A stretch of 64,000 nucleotides of DNA from NCBI GenBank assembly GCA_963714975.1, contig CAVQQD010000003.1:782624-846623 (forward strand), given 5' to 3'. Both the position numbers and the translations under genes were made by a program. Shown here piece after piece: positions 19,422 through 29,436 of this stretch (position 1 is the first letter of the stretch; the number at the start of each line of letters is the position of its first letter). The notes under the pieces are model-generated. The model had not been told where the DNA came from. It ran no database searches and was given only the letters and a program-made list of their open reading frames with translations. The DNA is from an uncultured Gammaproteobacteria bacterium. Its GTDB lineage: Bacteria > Pseudomonadota > Gammaproteobacteria > JAURND01.

Positions 19422-20366
19422 CGAACCAGGTAAGCGGCAGCAGAGGATTTGGGTAGGTGATGGCGAAGCGAGGAAAATACAGCGTTACTTCGCCATACCT
19501 ATGCTCCTCTGCTACTCGCTTACCCCTCGTTGACTGGATGAACACCCCCCAAAAACCTGGACACTCGTACCCCAAGCCCACAACACGCCGCGGACAATCG
19601 AGGAGTTCTCATGGAGTAAGAGCTTATTGATCCAGGCATACCACTGCGGCCTAGACCAACGCCAAGTGAAAAAATGGGTGAACATCAAGAAAAGAGTTTT
19701 GCACAAACGCACATTGCGATAAGCTTCCATCGTCACGGCTATAACCTCCATCTGGTTATTGTTGTGAAAGTGCCTCAAGAATGCGATCAACATTCTTTTG
19801 GCGCGGCCTCGGAGGCACAAGCCCCCGAGGTTTTAGCATTATTCATTGACTTTAGCTGAAATGCAAATATTTCTTAAGAGTGGCTTATCTTAGGCATTGA
19901 CTTCTCATCCCACTGATCTATTCTGAGTGACCCATCACACCTCTGCTTTCAATTTCTGTTTCTTTTATAAATCTTTTGCTGCACTTGTTAATTTTTCCTT
20001 AAGCTAGTAGACTGTCAACGTGGTTGGGCAGTATCGCAAGTGCGACATCGCAAGTGCGACAGGCCAACCCACTGTTATTTTGAGCGAACCGAAGGGCCTC
20101 CTAGTAAGCGTCGTCCTGGCATGGATGTTAGGATTCAGCCACAGGGATGTGACAGTTTCGCTTCCTACCTTGGATTGTTAGTGATCAAAAACCATCCATG
20201 GTTTTTGCCCTGCGGGTCGCTTCGCGTGGCTAATTTGTTCCTGACAAATTAGTCCTGCAGGGATTAGGAGGTCGGGGGAGGTCTTTCGCTTCGCTTAGAA
20301 TGACAAATTTGTTAGGAATTTATTGAGGAGGGAATTTAAAAACCCACGTGAAGTTATTGCAGTCCT

Positions 20367-23300
20367 ATGGCCCCTAATATTTTTACTTGTTTTATCATTG
20401 GAGAGGATAATCTCCATTTGGAATGTGCCAAAATTATCCAACAACAAGGACAGCAAATAATAGGCATTATCTCTGCGTATGAAGCCGCAGAACTATGGGC
20501 TTTGCAACAGGGAATTCCCCACTATGCCTCGCTAGCAGCCGCCCAAGAAGCACTCAACAAGACTCCTTTTGATTATTTATTTAGCATCGTCAATGCGCAG
20601 ATTTTGCCTGCCGCGATACTCAATTTGCCTCGGCAATTGGCGATTAATTTTCATGATGCGCCTTTACCACGGTATGCTGGAGTTCACGCCACTTCCTGGG
20701 CGATCTTAAATCAAGAAAAGACGCATGGCATTACTTGGCATGTGGCTACTGAAACCGTCGATGCCGGTGATATTTTACAGCAAGTGATGGTGCCAATTAC
20801 TGAAGATGAAACTGCGTTGAGTTTAAACCTCAAATGCTATGAAGCCGCGCTGCAAAGCTTTCCTGAGTTAGTGAAATCTTTGGCGAATCACAGTTATCAA
20901 CGCCAACCCCAAGATCTAAGACAACGTACCTATTTTGGTCTCCATCAAAAACCTGCTGGCGATGGCTGGATTGATTGGAATGCCAGTGCCGAAGATATTG
21001 AGCGATTATTTCGGGCTACTCAATTTGGCTCCTATCCTAATCGGTTTACTTGTCCTAAATTTAAGTTGTCATTCCAGCCGGACGAACCGTCATCCCAGCA
21101 AGGAAGCTGGGAAGATGAATTTATTATCACTCAATTAGAACTATTACCCGAGCCATCGACTGTAGCTCCTGGAACCATTGTTGCTACTACAGAGGAGTAT
21201 TGGCGCGTTGCGACCGCTACTTGCGACATCGCTATTCGGCAGATTTGTACTTTAGAAGGTGATGCAGTCATTCTGGAAGGAGAAGGGGTGCTAGATCAGG
21301 CTCACCCCTCATCCGGCCTTCGGCCACCTTCTCCCACAAGGGGAGAAGGAGTGAAGTTGAGGGCTTATGAGGCTCGAGCGGAAATCTCCCCTTTGTCCTT
21401 CGAGACGCTTCGCTCCTCAGGACGAATGGGGGGCAGGGGGGATTTAAACAGCGGAGGAGGCGATGAAGCCTACTGGGTTTCCCAATGGCAATCCATAGAG
21501 CCTGCCAAAATTCCCTTCCTGAATTTTAATCACCTCGAAAATAAATCCTCATTCCTTCTCCCCCTGTGGGAGAAGGTGGCCGAAGGCCGGATGAGGGGAG
21601 AACCCTCAGAATTCACCCCTCATCCGCCAGCCTACCCTGAGCCTGTCGAAGGGGCACCTTCTCCCACAAGGGGAGAAGAAGTAATGCCGGGGATGTATGA
21701 GAGGAGGTATTATCACCTACAACAATGGACCCTCCCCACCTCCTTACAAAAATTATTACACCAACATTACCCTACTCACGATTTCAACACCCTTCTTTTA
21801 GCCCTCTGGCTCGTCTATTTTTATCGTCTCGGTAATCAACCCAACGTAGGAGTGCTGCTGCAATTACCTGATCAAAATGCTTCACATCCTAGTGATCTGG
21901 ATCCTGGCATCCATGCCAGGACGAGTTTAGAACTACCGTATTTCACTGTCTTACAAGACGGATTACACTTCGGCCAAGTAGTGTCCCAATTACAAGATGA
22001 GTTACAGGCCATGCAACAAAAAGGCAGTTATTTACGCGATATATTTTATCGTTATCCAATTTTAACCGAAGTCAAACACGCCGTGTTTACTGCAGTGGTG
22101 ATTGGAGAAATCAATCAGCTACAAAAATCTCGTGCTGCTTTGGTGTTGGGGATATCTGCCAAAGATTATAGTTTATCTTGGCACGTCGATCAAAATTGCT
22201 TAACACAAGAACCCTACTTAAAAACCATCCTAGATCAAATGCCCGGCCATTTAGAAACCTTGCTAACCGCCATTACCACGCAACCAGAAACTCCCATTGC
22301 CGATTTAGTGCTACTTACACCCCAAGAACAGCAGCAAATCTTAATTGATTGGAATCAAACTGAAACAGACTATCCACGCGATAAAACTATTCCGCAATTA
22401 TTTGAAGAACAGGTTCAAAAACATCCCAATAAAATCGCCGTTTGTTTTGAAAATCAATCGCTCACCTATCGTGAGCTTAATCAACAAGCCAATCAACTTG
22501 CGCATTACTTAAGTCAACAAGGGGTGGTAGCTGAAACTTTAGTCGCAATTTGCATGGAACGCAGCATCGAAATGATTATTGGGATTTTGGGGATTTTAAA
22601 GGCGGGGGGTGCTTATGTGCCGATTGATCCTGAGTATCCAAGAGCGAGAATAAAGTTCATTTTCGAGGATTGTCGGGCTATGTTTGTGCTTACTCAATCT
22701 CGTCTTGCTAAGAAAATACATGCTATTACAGATGGCGCTGTTATTACGGTTGATAAAATTAAAAATATCAAAATTCATAACAAAGAATCTATTAGCTTAA
22801 ATTTTGACTCTTCTCAATTAGCTTATGTCATTTACACCTCAGGTACTACGGGAAAACCCAAAGGGGTTCTTATTAAACATCAGGCGGTGGTGAATACGGT
22901 CTTGGCAAAGTTACGAAAATTTGCCATTAATCACTCTGATAGAATCTTAAATTTTTCCACCCTTAGTTTTGATGCTTCTGTGTGGGAGATATTTCCCTGT
23001 CTATTTGCAGGAGCAACCTTATATCTGGCCAGGAAAGAAAATTTGTTACCAGGCAGTAAACTTACGCATTTTCTAGAAAAAAATAAAATTACTATCGCTA
23101 CTTTAGTGCCTTCTATACTAGCGATAACTCCACCACCTTCTACCTCCCATTTGCGGATAATTATTTCAGCGGGTGAATCATGCTCGAAGGCGGTAGTAAA
23201 GCAATGGGAAAACGTCGCTATTTTTGTTAATGCCTATGGGCCCACTGAATTTACAATTTGTGCTGCTATGGCAATCGTAGGTAAAGATGCAAATAAAATA

Positions 23301-26300
23301 ACTATTGGTAGACCGATTGCAAATACTAAAATTTTTATTTTAGACGATAAAATGCAGCTTTTACCCGTAGGCATCACCGGAGAGTTGTACGTCACAGGAC
23401 ACGGTTTGGCAAAAGGATATTTAAATCGAGATGCACTGACTAAAAGTAAGTTTATACCTTGGGCTTTGGAGCATGGAACCAAAGAGGTATCTCAAATAGT
23501 GTATAAAACGGGTGACTTGGCTCGTTGGTTGCCTGATGGTAACCTAGAATATATGGGCCGAGTGGATGAACAAATTAAAATTTTAGGCTGTCGGGCAGAG
23601 TTAGGTGAACTGGAAGAAATAGCAGTAACGTATCCTAATATTTTACAAGCTGCGGCTTGTCTAGATACAACAGCCGAAAAAAACCAAATTAACCTCTTTT
23701 TTGTCAATAAAAGTGACCGCAATGCAATTGATATTGCAAAGTTTAATCGCTTTCTAAAAAAACAGGTCCCTCGCTACACTGTTCCCTCTAAAATAATTGA
23801 AGTAGCTCGATTTCCAAGAACCGTTAATGGGAAAATTGATAAAAATTTATTGCTCAAAAAAATGTTTTTCATTAAGCAACCAGTTATAGAACCTCCGTCG
23901 ATCAAAGAAACATTACTCCTGGAAATTTTTCAAAAGATACTGAGAATTGATTCACTCCATTTAGAGGATGACTTCTTTCTCCTGGGGGGTGACTCCATTT
24001 TAGCAATGCATTTGGTTTCCAAAATCAATGCATTAGGCTTCCATTGTTCCGTGCGAGATGTATTTGAAGCATCCACCATAAAAAAATTGGTCATAAGGTT
24101 ACATAAAAAAAATCCTATAGAACCGATTGCGCTATTATCCAAAGATTTTTCCTTAACTCCAATTCAGCGTTGGTTTTTTGCGCAATCTTTCAGGCATCCG
24201 AAGCAGTTTGTTCAAATTTGCTGGCTAGAATTTCAAAAACCCATTAATTCAGAATTACTCGTTTGCTGCTTGCGGGAAATTATTGAATGGCATGAAATTT
24301 TTCGTCTTCGCTTTAAAAAGAAAGAAGGAATTTGGCAACAATATTATGCTGATAAGGTTCATGAATCATGCACCGATTTTCCAGTTATCGATAACTCTTC
24401 GCTGGTAATTCAGGATTTTGCGAATGAGTGGGTGATGAATGTGGCCCAGGATTTTAATTTTGAGACAGGCTATCTACTCAAGGTGGCCTTAGTACGCCAG
24501 CAAGGGAAAATTACCCATTTACTCTTAGCAGCACATCATTTGATTATGGATGGTGTATCTTGGCAAATTTTCTTTGATGATTTGCAGAGTTTATATGCAG
24601 GATCGGAAAAAGAGGGTAATAATTGGCAAAAATTTGCCAATAGTACTTCCTATCAACAGTGGGTTTACGCGCTAGAAAACTATATAGTTTCTTCGCAATT
24701 TAAAGCAGAGCAAAGCCATTGGCAAGGTGTTGATCCATTTACGTACATTCCTATTGATCACCACCAAGGGACTAATACGGAAAAATCTGCAGAATATGTC
24801 ACCGTAACATTAACCGAGGAAGAAACTCAGCGTTTATTGCGCACACTCGCTAAAACGCATCACTTGAATACCGATGAAATTCTAATTGCCTTGTTGGCAA
24901 AGTCCCTCATGCGCTGGTGCCAAACAGATTGCATCACGCTGGATATTGAACGCCACGGTCGGGAAGAATTAACAACGGAAATTAATTTAACAGGCACTTT
25001 AGGTTGGTTTACTAGTCTATTTCCTCTGCGGTTAAGCTGTAATAAAAATTTATCGCTACTCGAAATCATCCAATCGGTTCAGCAGCAATTACAAACGGTA
25101 CCACGTCATGGCATTAGTTATGGGTTACAGCATTATTTTTCTGGAGAATGGAAGCCAAAATCCAGTCTGCATGAGGGTGAAAATTTTACATCCCTGCACG
25201 CTGGATCCCGGCATCCTGCCGGGACGACGGGCCGCATCGCCTTTAATTACTGGGGTCAATTGGATCAAGCTTTTGCACAAAATTTCTTCACTTTGGGTGA
25301 GTTAAAATTGTTATCGCATCCCGAAAATATTCGTCCCTATTTGATCACTATTGATGCCGTAATCAAAAATAAGCAACTGCAACTAAGTTGGGCTTATAGT
25401 CGCAACTTCCATCGCCATGAAACCATCCAAGATCTCGCGCAGAATTTTGTGACTGATCTTCGAAATTTATTAACAAACACTCAGTTACAAAAACCAAAAA
25501 TTAGCTATGCTTTGACCGCGGTTCAACAAGGGTTACTCTTTGAACAATGTCGCTTTCCGCAAGCGCATTATTATCAAGCACAAGCGTGTTGGGAGCTGAA
25601 ATTATCTGGTCATTTTGATGCCAAATTATTACAAGCCGCATGTCGCTTTTTAGTGCAGCGTCATGATGTGTTGCGAACTCGTTTTGTGGTGTCAGGGTCG
25701 CAAGAGCCCACGCAATTCGTTGAAGAATCTATGGAAGTGCCTTGTGACATAATAGATCTACAGCAAGCGAAAGACCCTGAAGTGCAACTCACAAAGTTTC
25801 GTCTTGCCGACCAAGCTGCTTTGATTCATTGGCAAGCAACATCCCTTTTACGTGTTCAAATAGTGCTGCTGCCTGAAAATCGCTGTTACTTAATTTTGCA
25901 TTTTAATCACATGATTTTAGATGGCTGGAGTTTTTCGATTTTAGTCAAAGAATTTCACCAGTATTGTCAGGCGCAACAACAAGGATTAGCGCTGAATTTG
26001 CCCCCTACTTATCCTTTTGCTGATTATGTCCACTGGTTGCAGCACCAGAGTTGGAGTGCAAGTCAGGCGTTTTGGAAAAATTATTTGGCTAAATTTAATG
26101 AACCTGTCAATTTAAAGGTCTTGGGATTATTCGATGCGACGGCTGAAAAAACCGAGCTCTCGCGATGCGAGTTTGTGTCAACTCCCTTGTCTTCTGAATT
26201 AGGTCAAAAATTACAGCATTTTTGCCAAATGCAGCACATCAGCTTAAACACATTCTTTCAAGCGTTATGGGGTATTTTATTGCACCGCTATACCCAGACC

Positions 26301-29300
26301 CCTGATATTGTGACGGGCATGACCGTGTCGGGACGCAATATTGACTTGCCTCAGATCCAAGAGCGGGTAGGATTATTTATTAATAGTATTCCCTTGCGAC
26401 AACAGTTTGTCCCTGAGATAACAGTGCTGGCTCACTTGCAACAATTGCAAAAGACTATTACGTGCTTAATTCCGCACAGCACCTTCCCTCTTGCCGCCAT
26501 TCAAGCCTGCTCTGCACTATCTACTGCAGAACATCCCTTGTTTGATAGTCTAGTCGTCTTTGAAAATTATCCCCAAGCAACCCAAGAGGAAATCGAATTT
26601 TGGGATCCAACTCATTATGGTTTGACTTTGCTTATTACTCAAGGTTCCTGTTTGAAGCTGAAATTAGGCTATGATTGCCAACGTATTAATATAGAACGAG
26701 TCCAAAATTTACTGGAACATTTACAACATCTTTTGACCGTAGTCTTAGACAATCCACAGCAACAGATTGCCCGCTTACCTTTATTGACTACAGCAGAATA
26801 TCAAAAGCTATTTGCTCCAACCCAAACTGTAGTAGTGCTGGAAAATGTGGTAAGTTGTTTTCAAAAACAAGTAGTTAGTTCTCCTCACCATCCCGCGCTA
26901 GTTTGGGAGGGTCAGGTCTTGAGTTATCAAGACTTAGAAAATCAATCCAATCAATTGGCGCATTATTTAGCGACATTTCCGCATCATGGTGAAATGCCGA
27001 TTGGAGTATGCTTACCCCGTTGTCCCGAATTAGTCATCAGTTTGCTCGCGATCTGGAAGATGGGGGGAGCTTATTTGCCTTTAAATCCTGACTATCCGAC
27101 GGCTCGATTGCAAAGTATAGTAGATAGCCATCAAGTGAATCTTTTAATTTCCAAGAACATGATTCAAAAACTTACCGTGAACCATCCGATATTGTTGGAT
27201 CAAGTTCAAGCGAGTATCTGTCAACAACCTACTTATTATCCTCAGCATAGGATTCAACTGACGGATTTGGCGGCCATTTTAACCACTTCAGGCACCACCG
27301 GTAATCCTAAAAGCATTGCCCAAGAACATAAAACACTGGCGAATCTTGTGCATTGGCAACATCATGCATTTGCTTCCTCAGCAAAAAGACGAGTGACGCA
27401 ATTAGCAGCAATGAATTTTGATGTTTCATTACAAGAAATAACTTATGCGCTTGCTCAGGGCGATACGCTATATATTGTGCCAGAAACTATCAAACAATCC
27501 CTGGCGGAATTACTACGCTTTTTAGCGATCAATAAAATTCAACAAGCATTTTTAACCACTGCTTTATTGGAAGTTTTTTGTGAAGCGGCCTTATTTTTTA
27601 AACCCAACTTAAACTATCTGACTGAGATTTATGTAGCAGGAGAGGCATTAAAAATCTCTGGCCCGATCAAACAATTTTTTTCGCAAAATCCTCATATAGA
27701 CTTGGTGAATGAATATGGACCGACGGAAACTCATGTAGTAGCGACTCATCGATTATCAGTAGATACCATCGATAATTGGCCTTATTTACCGCCCATTGGA
27801 CGCGCAATTGACAACATCCGCTTATATGTCTTAGATGCCCAGTTACAAGCCTTACCGATCGGTATTCCGGGTGAGCTGTATATAGGTGGCGTCAATTTAG
27901 CGCGTGGTTATCTCCACAATGACAAGCTCACCCAAGAAAAATTTGTCCCCAATCCCTTTGATCCTATTGGTACCTCACGCTTATATCGTACGGGTGATCA
28001 GGTTCAGTGGAATGCGGCAGGGGAATTACTTTATTTAGGCCGTTACGATGATCAAGTAAAAATTCGCGGTTTTCGTATTGATCCGCAAGAAATTGAAGAA
28101 GCCTTACTAACACATAGCACCATTCAACAATGTTTGGTGACTGTGATTTCAGAGGAAAAATCAGCGCAATTAGTGTGCTATTTTGTCCCTTCTGATAAAA
28201 ATGAAGATGCAGAAAGTTTACGCCACCCATTGCGAAAAATATTACCTGACCATTTAATTCCGACCTATTTTATCAGGTTACAGTCCTTTCCCTTAACACG
28301 CGTTGGCAAAATTGATCGGCAGGCACTACCCCGACCTGAGCAAAGGAATGCCATAAGTAATACCACTTTTCGTCACGCTTATGAGCAACAACTCGCCGAG
28401 TTGTGGTCCGAAATTCTCCTTTGCACTTGCATAGATCGAGAGGTATCTTTTTGGGCTTTGGGTGGTGACTCGATTAAAGCTTTGCGCTTATTATTCTTAA
28501 TTGAACATCATTTGCAAGTGACGTTATCGCTGCAGGATTTTTTTACAGCACCTTCCATTGCCCAGATGAGTGATCGCATTCGTTTGACACAAGCGGATAA
28601 GGTATTGCAAAATCAGTGGCAAACCCTAGATTTTAAAGGATGCCACTTACCTTCTCCCTTAGTGCCATTACAAACCACAGGAGAAAAAACACCGCTGTTT
28701 ATTATCCACCCGATTGGTGGCACAGTTTTTGCCTTTTTAGATTTGGTCCGTTATCTGGGAAATGAGCGACCTATTTATGGAATTCAAGACCCCAACGTAG
28801 CTGACAATAACCATATTTCTTTTTTTAAAAATTTAGAAGAATTAGCAGCCTATTATGTTTATGCATTGCGCAGTGTCCAGCCTCAGGGTCCTTATTTTTT
28901 GTCGGGTTGGTCCTTTGGTGCTACTGTTGCCTTTGAAATGGCGCGACAAATTCTCGCTAGTCATGAAAAAGTAGAATTTTTAGGCTTACTCGATGGTTGG
29001 GCGGCGTATCCCAGCGAATTGCAAAATGAAAAAACATTCAAACAACTCATTCAAAAACAATGTGATGACTTATACCAACAATTTCATCTCAATCAACTAA
29101 AAAATCCTGATTTCTGGGTGGAACTACAATGGCAACGCAGTGATCTGCTTTGGCGATATAAGTTAAGACCTGTAAACACAGCTATAACTTTATTTAAAGC
29201 GAAAGAAGGGATACCAGGATTTCATGAGTCGTATGAGAAAGATTATGGCTGGCATCAATTTACCACCAAGCCAGTAGAAGTGTATGAGGTTCCGGGGGAT

Positions 29301-29387
29301 CATGCTTCGATGTTTCAGGAACCTTATGTGCAATCTTTAGCTGGTGCAGTATCTGCTGCATTAAATGAGGGACATATGGTTCATTAG
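20367..29387 (+). CDS. Nonribosomal peptide synthetase, two modules with an N-terminal formyltransferase (F) domain: F - partial C - A1 - T1 - C - C(NHxxxDG) - A2 - T2 - TE
   Basis: The N-terminus is Fmt-like (..HDAPLPRYAGVHATSWAILNQE..). A-domain cores appear twice (YTSGTTGKPKGV / TSGTTGNPKSI, NAYGPTE / NEYGPTE, GELYVTGHGLAKGYLNR / GELYIGGVNLARGYLHND, YKTGDLARW / YRTGDQVQW). T domains are LGGDSILA and LGGDSIKA. C domains carry HHLIMDGVSW and NHMILDGWSF. The TE has GWSFGATVAFE. Confidence 0.85.
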   Translation: MAPNIFTCFIIGEDNLHLECAKIIQQQGQQIIGIISAYEAAELWALQQGIPHYASLAAAQEALNKTPFDYLFSIVNAQILPAAILNLPRQLAINFHDAPLPRYAGVHATSWAILNQEKTHGITWHVATETVDAGDILQQVMVPITEDETALSLNLKCYEAALQSFPELVKSLANHSYQRQPQDLRQRTYFGLHQKPAGDGWIDWNASAEDIERLFRATQFGSYPNRFTCPKFKLSFQPDEPSSQQGSWEDEFIITQLELLPEPSTVAPGTIVATTEEYWRVATATCDIAIRQICTLEGDAVILEGEGVLDQAHPSSGLRPPSPTRGEGVKLRAYEARAEISPLSFETLRSSGRMGGRGDLNSGGGDEAYWVSQWQSIEPAKIPFLNFNHLENKSSFLLPLWEKVAEGRMRGEPSEFTPHPPAYPEPVEGAPSPTRGEEVMPGMYERRYYHLQQWTLPTSLQKLLHQHYPTHDFNTLLLALWLVYFYRLGNQPNVGVLLQLPDQNASHPSDLDPGIHARTSLELPYFTVLQDGLHFGQVVSQLQDELQAMQQKGSYLRDIFYRYPILTEVKHAVFTAVVIGEINQLQKSRAALVLGISAKDYSLSWHVDQNCLTQEPYLKTILDQMPGHLETLLTAITTQPETPIADLVLLTPQEQQQILIDWNQTETDYPRDKTIPQLFEEQVQKHPNKIAVCFENQSLTYRELNQQANQLAHYLSQQGVVAETLVAICMERSIEMIIGILGILKAGGAYVPIDPEYPRARIKFIFEDCRAMFVLTQSRLAKKIHAITDGAVITVDKIKNIKIHNKESISLNFDSSQLAYVIYTSGTTGKPKGVLIKHQAVVNTVLAKLRKFAINHSDRILNFSTLSFDASVWEIFPCLFAGATLYLARKENLLPGSKLTHFLEKNKITIATLVPSILAITPPPSTSHLRIIISAGESCSKAVVKQWENVAIFVNAYGPTEFTICAAMAIVGKDANKITIGRPIANTKIFILDDKMQLLPVGITGELYVTGHGLAKGYLNRDALTKSKFIPWALEHGTKEVSQIVYKTGDLARWLPDGNLEYMGRVDEQIKILGCRAELGELEEIAVTYPNILQAAACLDTTAEKNQINLFFVNKSDRNAIDIAKFNRFLKKQVPRYTVPSKIIEVARFPRTVNGKIDKNLLLKKMFFIKQPVIEPPSIKETLLLEIFQKILRIDSLHLEDDFFLLGGDSILAMHLVSKINALGFHCSVRDVFEASTIKKLVIRLHKKNPIEPIALLSKDFSLTPIQRWFFAQSFRHPKQFVQICWLEFQKPINSELLVCCLREIIEWHEIFRLRFKKKEGIWQQYYADKVHESCTDFPVIDNSSLVIQDFANEWVMNVAQDFNFETGYLLKVALVRQQGKITHLLLAAHHLIMDGVSWQIFFDDLQSLYAGSEKEGNNWQKFANSTSYQQWVYALENYIVSSQFKAEQSHWQGVDPFTYIPIDHHQGTNTEKSAEYVTVTLTEEETQRLLRTLAKTHHLNTDEILIALLAKSLMRWCQTDCITLDIERHGREELTTEINLTGTLGWFTSLFPLRLSCNKNLSLLEIIQSVQQQLQTVPRHGISYGLQHYFSGEWKPKSSLHEGENFTSLHAGSRHPAGTTGRIAFNYWGQLDQAFAQNFFTLGELKLLSHPENIRPYLITIDAVIKNKQLQLSWAYSRNFHRHETIQDLAQNFVTDLRNLLTNTQLQKPKISYALTAVQQGLLFEQCRFPQAHYYQAQACWELKLSGHFDAKLLQAACRFLVQRHDVLRTRFVVSGSQEPTQFVEESMEVPCDIIDLQQAKDPEVQLTKFRLADQAALIHWQATSLLRVQIVLLPENRCYLILHFNHMILDGWSFSILVKEFHQYCQAQQQGLALNLPPTYPFADYVHWLQHQSWSASQAFWKNYLAKFNEPVNLKVLGLFDATAEKTELSRCEFVSTPLSSELGQKLQHFCQMQHISLNTFFQALWGILLHRYTQTPDIVTGMTVSGRNIDLPQIQERVGLFINSIPLRQQFVPEITVLAHLQQLQKTITCLIPHSTFPLAAIQACSALSTAEHPLFDSLVVFENYPQATQEEIEFWDPTHYGLTLLITQGSCLKLKLGYDCQRINIERVQNLLEHLQHLLTVVLDNPQQQIARLPLLTTAEYQKLFAPTQTVVVLENVVSCFQKQVVSSPHHPALVWEGQVLSYQDLENQSNQLAHYLATFPHHGEMPIGVCLPRCPELVISLLAIWKMGGAYLPLNPDYPTARLQSIVDSHQVNLLISKNMIQKLTVNHPILLDQVQASICQQPTYYPQHRIQLTDLAAILTTSGTTGNPKSIAQEHKTLANLVHWQHHAFASSAKRRVTQLAAMNFDVSLQEITYALAQGDTLYIVPETIKQSLAELLRFLAINKIQQAFLTTALLEVFCEAALFFKPNLNYLTEIYVAGEALKISGPIKQFFSQNPHIDLVNEYGPTETHVVATHRLSVDTIDNWPYLPPIGRAIDNIRLYVLDAQLQALPIGIPGELYIGGVNLARGYLHNDKLTQEKFVPNPFDPIGTSRLYRTGDQVQWNAAGELLYLGRYDDQVKIRGFRIDPQEIEEALLTHSTIQQCLVTVISEEKSAQLVCYFVPSDKNEDAESLRHPLRKILPDHLIPTYFIRLQSFPLTRVGKIDRQALPRPEQRNAISNTTFRHAYEQQLAELWSEILLCTCIDREVSFWALGGDSIKALRLLFLIEHHLQVTLSLQDFFTAPSIAQMSDRIRLTQADKVLQNQWQTLDFKGCHLPSPLVPLQTTGEKTPLFIIHPIGGTVFAFLDLVRYLGNERPIYGIQDPNVADNNHISFFKNLEELAAYYVYALRSVQPQGPYFLSGWSFGATVAFEMARQILASHEKVEFLGLLDGWAAYPSELQNEKTFKQLIQKQCDDLYQQFHLNQLKNPDFWVELQWQRSDLLWRYKLRPVNTAITLFKAKEGIPGFHESYEKDYGWHQFTTKPVEVYEVPGDHASMFQEPYVQSLAGAVSAALNEGHMVH
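21296..21700. repeat. Cluster of palindromic repeat elements inserted in-frame within the NRPS coding sequence (F-domain/C-domain linker)
   Basis: Three copies of a ~48-bp unit CACCCCTCATCCGGCCTTCGGCCACCTTCTCCCACAAGGGGAGAAGG lie at 21303-21350 and 21614-21686 (direct) and 21551-21598 (inverted). The family-1 core GACGCTTCGCTCCTCAGGACGAATGGGG is at 21404-21431. GGGGGGCAGGGGGGATTT is at 21427-21444. The ORF stays open and translates this stretch as low-complexity peptide (..PSPTRGEGV.. appears twice). Confidence 0.6.
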
Positions 29388-29436
29388 GGTCAAAAATTTA
29401 CTAATACGATGTTTTAACAAAATTTGGAGATTACTT

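Noticed and set aside
20040-20252. 70-aa ORF in the NRPS upstream region
   Set aside because: It lies in the divergent promoter region that is full of palindromic motifs. It has no RBS and an unusual composition.
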